Positions 1 through 7,141 of a DNA stretch of 34,488 bases are shown one piece after another. This stretch comes from an uncultured Myxococcales bacterium. Its GTDB lineage: Bacteria; Myxococcota; Kuafuiibacteriia; Kuafuiibacteriales; Kuafuiibacteriaceae. The DNA is taken from positions 1-34,488 of the forward strand of contig CAYXDO010000117.1 of the NCBI GenBank assembly GCA_964463485.1, written 5' to 3'. A model generated the notes under the pieces. It did no database searches and was not told where the DNA came from. It worked only from the letters and a program-made list of their open reading frames with translations. Numbering within the stretch: position 1 is the first letter of the stretch; each line of letters begins with the position of its first letter. Both the position numbers and the translations under genes were made by a program.

Positions 1-54
1 GACGCAGACGATCTGACGCAGACGCAGACGATCTGACGCAGACGCAGACGATCT
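1..54. repeat. Tandem satellite at the window 5' edge: 20-bp unit gacgcagacgatctgacgca (14-mer core gacgcagacgatct) x ~2.7
   Basis: Direct reading: gacgcagacgatctgacgca repeated head-to-tail from base 1. Its reverse complement (agatcgtctgcgtc) recurs in the array at the 3' end of the window. Confidence 0.85.
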
Positions 55-332
55 CCTGCCGGTTACGTTGGCGACTCGGTCGACAGCCCAGCCCTCGGGG
101 CGGGCGATCCGAAGTCACCCACCTCGGAGCACCCTGATCGTGCTGGCGCTCGGACCGAGCTAGGCGCCTACGGCGACAGCGTGGTGGCGTCCTACGTTCG
201 TTGATCGCGCTCAGCGACGGAAGCGGCCGCTTTAGCGGCTTGCCACTCTTCGCGACCGCGGGACGCGCTCGCGAGGACGCTAGCGCGTTGGCGCGAGCGA
301 GGCCAGCTCAGCAACTTGTGCGACGCCTCGAG

Positions 333-3143
333 TCATGGCTTCTGAGTGCCGTTGGCGGGCTCTTCGGGCAGGAGGGTTTGGATGGTGCGTCCGAGTTTGG
401 TGCCGCCGACGACATCGCGGAAGATCGAAGCGACGTCCTGACCTTTGAATAGGCTGACGAGGTTCATGTTCTGCGCGACCTCGCCGAGCAGCACCTTGTC
501 GCCGACCGCCTGCAGCGCCTCCACGAGCGCCGGCTGCACGGCCTTCCGCTCGTCCACGGTGGCCTTGGCCTCGGCGTCGCGGAGCGCGATCTGGGTGTCC
601 GCGAGCGCGCGCTTGAAGGCCGTTTCCTCCTCGTGCAGGAGGCGATTGGCCCTCGCCTCGGCCTCGGATTCGGCGATGCGACGGGTGACCAACGCGTCGG
701 ACGCCCGCTTTTCGCGATCGATCCGCGCGTCCAACACGGTGAGCTCACGCCAAGCCTCGAGCTCGGCGGCGGCGCGTTTTCCTTCTTCGTCGCCTTTGAG
801 TACGGCGAGCTTCTGCGCCTGGCGCAGCCGCAGGAGCAAGTCCTCGAGCGCAGCGCGGCGCTCTTCGCTCTCGCGCTGGAGCTCGGTCCGCTCCCGATCG
901 ACGTCCTGACGCAGCTTATCCGATCTGAGTTGCTCGGTGACTTGACGATCTCCAATGACGAGCGCGACGGACTCGCGCTGCACGCGATCGAGCAGAGTCG
1001 CGATCTCTTCGTCGAGGATCACACTCTGAAGCACCTCGACCTCCGTCACCTTCATCCCGTTCTCGGGGAACGAGCGACCCTTGCGCCCAGCGTCCGTGCG
1101 CTCCCCGAGGATGATGTCGCGGAGCAACGACGGGACGTTCGGCCACAGGTCGATGAGTCGCATTTGACGGCAACGGCTCCGCACCAACGATCGCAGGTGG
1201 TCGGTGAGCACGCCGACGTAGTTTTCGTGGTTGAACCACCGGTCCTTGAGCGCGGACTCGAAGACCACCTCGTAACTCACTGTGACATTGATACGGACGA
1301 AGTCGGCGGTCTCGAGGGTGATGACGTCGGAGACTCGGTTGCCCGCGGTTCGCAAGAAACACGTGCGGAGCATCTTCGCGTCCGACTTCGGCGTCCCCGT
1401 CGAGAGAGTCATCGGCACGAGTCGCTCGTCGTACTCGAGGAGCGCGACACACGGCCCTTCGATCACGCGTTGACCGGCGGCCGAGGAAGCGAGGGCCGCG
1501 GTGTTGTGGGCGACCGTGATGGAGACGGCCCAGGGCGTAGTGGTCGGCTCGCGGGTCATCTTGTGCGGCTCTTGAGCGCCGACCCAGAGATTCCACTCGT
1601 CGGTGGGGACGGTGCGGGTGATGTGCACTTCTTTGCGTGGGTCGACGAGGTAACTCTGTTTGCCGCGCACGAGGCGGGCCTCACCGGTGCTGAGGTCGCG
1701 GACGTAGATACCGGACTTTTGATCGATCCCGATGGCTTCGATGAATACGTCGGAGTGATCGTTGCCGACGTGCGGCTGTCCGGTAGCCGGGTGCAGCACT
1801 TCGATTTCATTGAAGGGGAAGAAGAAGCAATTGACTCCCGTCAAGATGAGCTCGTCGCCCGGGTGATAGGTGGCCTCGGTGAGATCGATGCCGCGCGGGA
1901 GCTTGTGGGTGAGCTTCTCCTTGGGGATGGGGGCGATGAAGCGGACCCACAGGGCGCGCTGGGGGAGGAGCTCGAACGCGTAATAGATGCGATTGTTCGA
2001 GCCCTTGGTCATGAAAGAGTCATACGGGCCGGGAAAGACTCGGGCCGGACCCACTTTGATTTGGCGTTTGCCGTCTGCGTCGAGGATCACGCAGAATTCT
2101 TTTTCGCCGAGCACCACGGCTTGCCGAACGAGGCGAGCCTTCCTCATCTCGCGCTCGAGAGCTTGGCGGTGAATGTCACTCGACAGCACTTGCACGAGGT
2201 CCGCGCCGACGGGTTCCTCGCGCTTCTCCTCGGGCGCTGGTGGGGCGGGTCGCGCGGCCTGCTGTCGAAACCGAGCGCTTTGATCGATGGCGACCTTTGC
2301 GTCCTTTTCCTTCCTCCTCAGCGCCGGCTTGGCCTCGAGCTCGGCCATTTGGCTTTCGGCCGCGAGCTCGTCGTAGGCGCGTGCTGGCGCAGGCGGAGGT
2401 GCCGCGGCGACGGCGCCAGCGGCTGCTGTGCCCGGCATGGGTGCGGACGCCAGGATCTTTCGCGCCATCGCAGCGGTGACCTGAGTTCCGTACGCATCCA
2501 CCGCCAAATCAGGAACGACGTCGACTCCGGTCGGAGGGACGTAGAACTGAGTATCGAGCCCGCGGATCACGACGAGCTGGCCACGCTTGAGCTCGACCGG
2601 AGCGACGGTGGAGATTCCGGTTTGCGGAGTGTCACCGACGTCTTCGGCGGTCGCGGCGGTGATCGCCGCCGAGCGCGCGGTGATCTCGTAGTAGGGCGCG
2701 GCGCGATCGACCTCGCCATATACTTTGACCACCAAATACTGATTGGACGCCAGCTCGTGGGCGTCGCGGACCTCGACTCTCTGCCCGGGCCGCAGAAAGA
2801 AGCTGCAAGGGCCGGGAATCATGTGGCGGGTGCCGTTCTTCAGGACCTTCTGTTCGTTGCGACCCGATCGGAACTTACCGTTGGGCCCGCCATCATTCTC
2901 CGCCAATGGGTTGAACAAGACGGCATACTGCGAATCAGCGAGCTCGACCATTCGCTGAGGTTGTCCAGAGGGGTCCTCGACGAAGCCCCCTTGCCCGTCG
3001 TCGATCACCACCCGATCGGCCGCCGTGGGCGACACCATCGTGGGGCCCACGTGCAAGATGACTTCGCCTTTGTCGTCGTCTTGCACCCAGAGGAATTGGC
3101 GTTCGGTGACCGGGATCTTTCGGCTTCCTCGTTCGTTGCCCAT
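333..3143 (-). CDS. Major vault protein (MVP) homolog with Vault repeats, an SPFH-like shoulder and a cap-helix coiled coil; bacterial vault-like protein
   Basis: The ORF runs 333..3281 (982 aa). The likely start is the ATG at 3143 (MGNERGSRKIPVTERQFLWVQDDDKGEVILHVGP aligns with the MVP N-terminus IRIPPYHYIHVLDQ...VEVGP). Segments recognisable from eukaryotic MVP: GIYVRDLSTGEARLVRGKQSYLVDPRKEV (cf. [27 protein letters not shown]) and DVITLETADFVRINVTVSYEVVFE (cf. shoulder [24 protein letters not shown]). Repeated MVP-repeat-like blocks are present (MIPGPCSFFLRPGQRVEV, FCVILDADGKRQIKVGPARVF). The long C-terminal heptad region is rich in E/R/A/L (RESEERRAALEDLLLRLRQAQKLAVLK...), like the cap-helix. 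An Ala/Pro-rich insertion is specific to this protein. Confidence 0.8.
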   Translation of the reverse strand: MGNERGSRKIPVTERQFLWVQDDDKGEVILHVGPTMVSPTAADRVVIDDGQGGFVEDPSGQPQRMVELADSQYAVLFNPLAENDGGPNGKFRSGRNEQKVLKNGTRHMIPGPCSFFLRPGQRVEVRDAHELASNQYLVVKVYGEVDRAAPYYEITARSAAITAATAEDVGDTPQTGISTVAPVELKRGQLVVIRGLDTQFYVPPTGVDVVPDLAVDAYGTQVTAAMARKILASAPMPGTAAAGAVAAAPPPAPARAYDELAAESQMAELEAKPALRRKEKDAKVAIDQSARFRQQAARPAPPAPEEKREEPVGADLVQVLSSDIHRQALEREMRKARLVRQAVVLGEKEFCVILDADGKRQIKVGPARVFPGPYDSFMTKGSNNRIYYAFELLPQRALWVRFIAPIPKEKLTHKLPRGIDLTEATYHPGDELILTGVNCFFFPFNEIEVLHPATGQPHVGNDHSDVFIEAIGIDQKSGIYVRDLSTGEARLVRGKQSYLVDPRKEVHITRTVPTDEWNLWVGAQEPHKMTREPTTTPWAVSITVAHNTAALASSAAGQRVIEGPCVALLEYDERLVPMTLSTGTPKSDAKMLRTCFLRTAGNRVSDVITLETADFVRINVTVSYEVVFESALKDRWFNHENYVGVLTDHLRSLVRSRCRQMRLIDLWPNVPSLLRDIILGERTDAGRKGRSFPENGMKVTEVEVLQSVILDEEIATLLDRVQRESVALVIGDRQVTEQLRSDKLRQDVDRERTELQRESEERRAALEDLLLRLRQAQKLAVLKGDEEGKRAAAELEAWRELTVLDARIDREKRASDALVTRRIAESEAEARANRLLHEEETAFKRALADTQIALRDAEAKATVDERKAVQPALVEALQAVGDKVLLGEVAQNMNLVSLFKGQDVASIFRDVVGGTKLGRTIQTLLPEEPANGTQKP

Positions 3144-3267
3144 GCCTGGCTCTGTAGCACCGTCTCGGCGCGGCTGAAAGCGCCGATCGAGCTTGGTGCC
3201 CGATCCATCGAGGTGCCGGCGCGGCGGGGCGTTGATTGCGCCGCCACGACCCCGCACACTTCGTGCG

Positions 3268-4890
3268 ATGGTGACATCCAAGGGGCCGAGGCTCCACGTG
3301 TCGGAATCCGGAGGTGGGCGGCTCCGTCTTTTCGGCTCGCTGCTGGGCGTGCGAACGCTCCTGTCGGCGCTGTGGCTGTGGGCGTTGACGTTACCTTTGC
3401 TCGCGCTGGCGGTGTTCCGAACCTACGAGAACCAACTCGTGCGTCGTACGGAGGAGGCACTCATTTCGGAGGCCGTGGTCGTCGGCGAGTCCGCCCGTCA
3501 GGTCGTCGATCCCGGCGCGACGACCCAGCTCGAGACCCCTCAGGGCGAGCCGTTCGTGCCGCTGCAGCCCACGCTCGATCTCCGGATAGATCAGCTTCAC
3601 GGAGTCGCCCGCAGAGCTGGCACCGCGACGACCTCCATCGAAGAGCGGTGGCGTCCGCTCACGGCGCTGCTCGAGCGCGCCGAGCTACGCAACCTCACGG
3701 GCGTTCGCGTGCTGGACTCGTCGGGTGTCGTGGTGGCTTCTCCGAAGCGCGAGGTCGGATACTCCCTCGCGCACCTTCCGGAGGTTCGCGCGGCGATGGA
3801 GGGTCGCTACGAGCCGGCGCTCCACGAGCGAGGTCGGCATGCCTCCGAGCCGCACCCAAGCAGCTTGTCGCGAGCCAGCGCGATTCACGTCTCGATCGCC
3901 GTTCCAGTGTTTTCGAAGCCGCGAAGCCAGGCTGGCGACGACGACGAAGTCATCGCGATCGTCTACGACAGTCGAACGCCGATGGATGTGGAGAAGTCGA
4001 TTTGGCGCCTTCGAGAAGAGCTCGTCGTGCCTGCGTTGGCGAGCATTGTGCTGACTCTGGGGTTGATGTTGTTGCTGTCGCGTCTCATCGCCCAACCGCT
4101 CGTGACACTCGCCGGGGCGGCGCGGCGGGTGGCGGACGGCCACCGAGGCGTCGCTCTGACTCCGCGTGGGTTTGCTCCCAAGGAGGTCGGTTTTCTGAGT
4201 GAGAGCCTCGAGCGAATGCGGACTCAGCTCGAAGGGCGAGCCGAGTACGTGCGCACGTTCGCGGCTAACGCGGCCCACGAGCTCAAGAGCCCGCTGACTT
4301 CGATCCGCGGGGCCGCCGAGCTCTTGCTAGAGGCGGAGATGAGTCGGGACCAGGCGAGAAAGTTTCTGGAGAACGTGCTCGAAGATGCCGTTCGCATGGA
4401 CAAGCTCGTTCAGCGGCTGCTCGTGCTCGCGCGCGTGGAGTCGTCCTCCCCGAACCGCAGCGACGTCGAGCTCGGCGAGCTCCTCGACGCGATCGCGGAG
4501 CGCCACCGGCGCCGCGGGCAGCCTGTACAGGTGGCGCACCCAGAAGCACCTGTTCGGCTCTTTGCGGACCCAGAGCAACTCGAAGCCATGTTCGGGAGCC
4601 TGATAGACAACGCCGTACGCCACGGCGGACCCGAGCCGGTCGAGGTGACGCTAGAGGTTCAAGGAAGAGCGGCGATCACGCGGGTGCGAGACCATGGGCC
4701 CGAAGTGCCCGAGGAGCTCATGAGCAATCTCTTTGAGCGTTTCTTCACTACCGAGCGAGCGCGAGGTGGCACTGGTTTGGGACTCTCGATCGTTCGAGCT
4801 GTCGCTGAGGGTCACGGGGGTGAAGTGCACGCCGTGCGCAGGGACCGCGGCCTCGAGCTCGTCGTGCAACTCCCGGTCAAAGATCCGTAA
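3268..4890 (+). CDS. Sensor histidine kinase with two TM segments, a periplasmic sensor domain, HAMP, HisKA and HATPase_c
   Basis: TM1 LLSALWLWALTLPLLALAVF; TM2 VPALASIVLTLGLMLLLSRLI followed by HAMP (AQPLVTLAGAARRVADG). H-box AHELKSPLTSIRGAAELL; N-box LIDNAVRHG; G-boxes RDHGPEVPEE and GGTGLGLSIVRAVAEGHGG. The start could lie anywhere from 3193 to 3349 (TTG, ATG or GTG candidates); the ATG at 3268 was chosen. The gene is divergent from the MVP gene. Confidence 0.85.
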   Translation: MVTSKGPRLHVSESGGGRLRLFGSLLGVRTLLSALWLWALTLPLLALAVFRTYENQLVRRTEEALISEAVVVGESARQVVDPGATTQLETPQGEPFVPLQPTLDLRIDQLHGVARRAGTATTSIEERWRPLTALLERAELRNLTGVRVLDSSGVVVASPKREVGYSLAHLPEVRAAMEGRYEPALHERGRHASEPHPSSLSRASAIHVSIAVPVFSKPRSQAGDDDEVIAIVYDSRTPMDVEKSIWRLREELVVPALASIVLTLGLMLLLSRLIAQPLVTLAGAARRVADGHRGVALTPRGFAPKEVGFLSESLERMRTQLEGRAEYVRTFAANAAHELKSPLTSIRGAAELLLEAEMSRDQARKFLENVLEDAVRMDKLVQRLLVLARVESSSPNRSDVELGELLDAIAERHRRRGQPVQVAHPEAPVRLFADPEQLEAMFGSLIDNAVRHGGPEPVEVTLEVQGRAAITRVRDHGPEVPEELMSNLFERFFTTERARGGTGLGLSIVRAVAEGHGGEVHAVRRDRGLELVVQLPVKDP

Positions 4891-5117
4891 GTACCGCAAG
4901 GAATTTCTCGAAAGACCCTAACAGGCTGCTGAAAAAGTCGCGATCTGAGAAGTCTACCCAGAGGATCGGCCGTTGCCGTCGGCGTCGCCGCAACTCATGA
5001 TCCCGTTCATCCCGCCATCTTCACCAACACGGACACGATTCGGTGCAACAGCGTCTGCGTCGGATGAGTTTCCGCACTCTTGGTCGGTCGTCCGCTCTCT
5101 CATGCGACCCACTCCGC

Positions 5118-5171
5118 TCGGCGACGGCGACGGCGACGGCGACGGCAACACAACGACGGCAACGGCAACGG
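5118..5171. repeat. Microsatellite (GGCGAC)n degenerating to GGCAAC/GACGGC units
   Basis: ggcgacggcgacggcgacggcgacggcaacacaacgacggcaacggcaacgg, read directly. It lies inside the 640-bp HK–activator intergenic region. Confidence 0.85.
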
Positions 5172-5330
5172 TTTTCGGGACATGGGATTTGTCTAGGTGT
5201 TCGAAATGATCAAGGAAATCGGTTTCAGCAGCCTGCTGAGGCTCCGCAAGGAAATAACTTGCAGCATTCCTCGAGCGCCAACAGTCGATCCCGTCATTCC
5301 TTGACGAGCCCTAAGTACACGTCCGTGGAA

Positions 5331-5475
5331 GTTCGTGACCACGCTGAAACCACAGAGGACGCGGAGAGAAGACACAGAGGACACAGAGAAGTGCTCATTC
5401 CATCATCTGTGTGCTCTGTGGGCCTCGGCTCTGTGCTCTCTGTGGTTTCTCCCGCGGTCACGAATTTGCGGGGAC
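5331..5475. repeat. ~145-bp imperfect-palindromic interspersed repeat, copy A (MITE/REP-like; cacagag-rich arms flanking a ggaatgagca core)
   Basis: The arms ttcgtgacc...gaaaccacagag...cacagag...ctcattcc and ggaat...ctctgtggtttc...ggtcacgaa are mutually inverted. The element matches 15044..15176 (opposite orientation, ~85% by eye) and 18586..18690 (same orientation, left arm shortened). Confidence 0.7.
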
Positions 5476-5530
5476 CTGAACTAAGCGCAGTTCCCCAAGC
5501 TCGTGATCAACGAAGTGGGCTACGAGGAGC

Positions 5531-7141
5531 TTGTCTCGACGACCTGCTGCTGGTGTAGACTCCGTGTTCTTGAGTCGCCGTGGTTCGAAACGCGACCAGC
5601 TTTTCTCGGAGACGCTGGAGCAGCCACCGGAGCCAGCGGCAACGTCGGATCGAGCGACTCTCTTCTTGACCGTGGCTTTTCACCCGGACCTGTCGCGCGT
5701 CGGTGACGAAGCCGTTGTGGAACGCGAAATCCGATTGTGCCGAACCGAGCCGGATTTCGTCCCACCGAGGGGAGGTGAGGCTTGGCCTCTCGCCGACGCG
5801 TTCGTTTCACGGCGGCCGGCCACGATCCGGGCTGAGGGTGACGGAGGAGCTACGTTGATCCGCAGCGCCGACTCGGTCCCGCTCGCGATCGGAGGGGTTG
5901 CGGTCGCGCACGAGACGCGACTCTCGGCCGGCGATCTCCAGCGCGGAATCGCGCTCGAGGTCGCCCAGCGCGTGCTCCTGTTGGTGCACCGGAGGCCTGC
6001 GCGCCGCCCTTCGCCGCCCGAGCTTCGGCTCGTTGGTGAGTCCGTCGAGCTCGATGAAATCAGGCGTCAAATCCTTCAGGTCGCCGATCTCGGGGTTCCG
6101 ACGTTGATCCTCGGTGAGACGGGGACCGGCAAGGAGCTCGTGGCGGAGGCCATTCATAACGCTAGCCGTCGGAGCTCGCTGCCATTCGTGAGTGTCAACA
6201 TGGCGGCGATCGCGCCGACCGTCGCCGCCTCCGAGCTCTTCGGCCATCGTCGCGGTGCGTTCACCGGCGCGGTGGGCGACCGCGTCGGCTTTTTTCAACA
6301 GGCTCACGGAGGCACCATCTTCCTCGACGAAGTCGGAGAGATGCCCGTCGACGTGCAAGTCATGCTCCTCCGCACCCTAGAGAGTGCGACAATTCAGCCC
6401 GTCGGAGCTCCTTCGACGCAGCCCATCGACGCGCGAGTGCTCTCGGCGACTGACTCCGACCTCTCGAAGCTCGTGGCTGAGCAGCGATTTCGCCCGGCCC
6501 TCCTGCATCGGCTCTCCGGCTTCGAAATTTCATTGCCTCCGCTTCGAAATCGTCGTGACGACCTCGGACGCCTCCTGAGTCACTTCCTTCAGAAGGAGCT
6601 CGCGGGGACGGGAGACTGGGATCTGGTGGAGTCGCGTATGAAAGATGCCCGTCCGTGGATCTCGTTGGACGTAGTGCGTTCATTCTTCGACTACGAGTGG
6701 CCAGGCAACGTCCGGCAGCTCCGGAACCTGGTTCGCCAGCTCGCGATCGCAAACCGCGGGGCCGACACGGCGACGCTGCCGGCGGCCATTCAGAGGACAC
6801 TCTCCGAAGGGCTGCTCGAGGCGAGCCCAAGTCGTCCGGCGGCGCGGACGGAGCGCCGCAAGCCGTCCGACGTGGAGGGCGAGGAGCTGATCTCCGCGCT
6901 CAAGGCGCACCGGTTCAACATCCACGCGACCGCGGAGTTTCTCGGAATCACGCGGCCCTCGCTCTACATGTTGATCGAAAAGAGCGATCATCTCCGAAAG
7001 GCCTCCGACATTTCCGCGGTCGAAATCAGGTTGGCGCACGCGGAGGCGAACGGGAACTTGAACCTCATGGCTGAACGGCTGGAAGTTTCGCCGCGCGGAC
7101 TTCGACTCAGGCTGGGCTCGCTCGGGCTGACCGAGTCGTGA
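5531..7141 (+). CDS. Sigma-54-dependent transcriptional activator (bacterial enhancer-binding protein) with an N-terminal FHA-like domain, AAA+ domain and C-terminal HTH
   Basis: Walker A LILGETGTGKELVAEAIH; GAFTGA motif RRGAFTGAVGDRVGFFQQAHGGTIFLDEVGEM; R-finger region; C-terminal Fis-type HTH HRFNIHATAEFLGITRPSLYMLIEK. The N-terminus has an FHA-like pattern (DAFVSRRPATIRAEGDGGATLIRSADSVPLAIGGVAV...LSAGDLQRGIA) and no receiver aspartate region. The ORF starts at TTG 5531 and the true start is uncertain. Its stop overlaps the next gene's start (GTGA). Confidence 0.85.
   Translation: MSRRPAAGVDSVFLSRRGSKRDQLFSETLEQPPEPAATSDRATLFLTVAFHPDLSRVGDEAVVEREIRLCRTEPDFVPPRGGEAWPLADAFVSRRPATIRAEGDGGATLIRSADSVPLAIGGVAVAHETRLSAGDLQRGIALEVAQRVLLLVHRRPARRPSPPELRLVGESVELDEIRRQILQVADLGVPTLILGETGTGKELVAEAIHNASRRSSLPFVSVNMAAIAPTVAASELFGHRRGAFTGAVGDRVGFFQQAHGGTIFLDEVGEMPVDVQVMLLRTLESATIQPVGAPSTQPIDARVLSATDSDLSKLVAEQRFRPALLHRLSGFEISLPPLRNRRDDLGRLLSHFLQKELAGTGDWDLVESRMKDARPWISLDVVRSFFDYEWPGNVRQLRNLVRQLAIANRGADTATLPAAIQRTLSEGLLEASPSRPAARTERRKPSDVEGEELISALKAHRFNIHATAEFLGITRPSLYMLIEKSDHLRKASDISAVEIRLAHAEANGNLNLMAERLEVSPRGLRLRLGSLGLTES

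Noticed and set aside
3144-3267. Candidate sigma-54 promoters (GGCAC-N5-…) in the MVP/histidine kinase divergent region
   Set aside because: Only partial -24 matches were found (cggcacctcgatgg; gggcaccaagctcga) and no acceptable -12 TTGC element by eye. A proper PWM scan is needed before making the claim.
3144-3281. Upstream extension of the MVP ORF to 3281
   Set aside because: The added 46 residues (MDVTIARSVRGRGGAINAPPRRHLDG...) are Arg/Gly-rich and unlike the MVP N-terminus. The ATG at 3143 aligns with the canonical MVP start. It remains possible, but at low probability.
633-4202. 1189-aa plus-strand ORF overlapping the MVP and histidine kinase genes
   Set aside because: The translation is extremely Arg/Gly/Asp-rich with no motifs. 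It is antisense or out of frame relative to two well-supported genes, a typical high-GC open-frame artefact.
5043-5558. 171-aa ORF spanning the (GGCGAC)n tract and repeat copy A
   Set aside because: It consists of a microsatellite translation (ATATATATQRRQRQR) followed by translation through an interspersed repeat. There is no coding signal and the region is intergenic.
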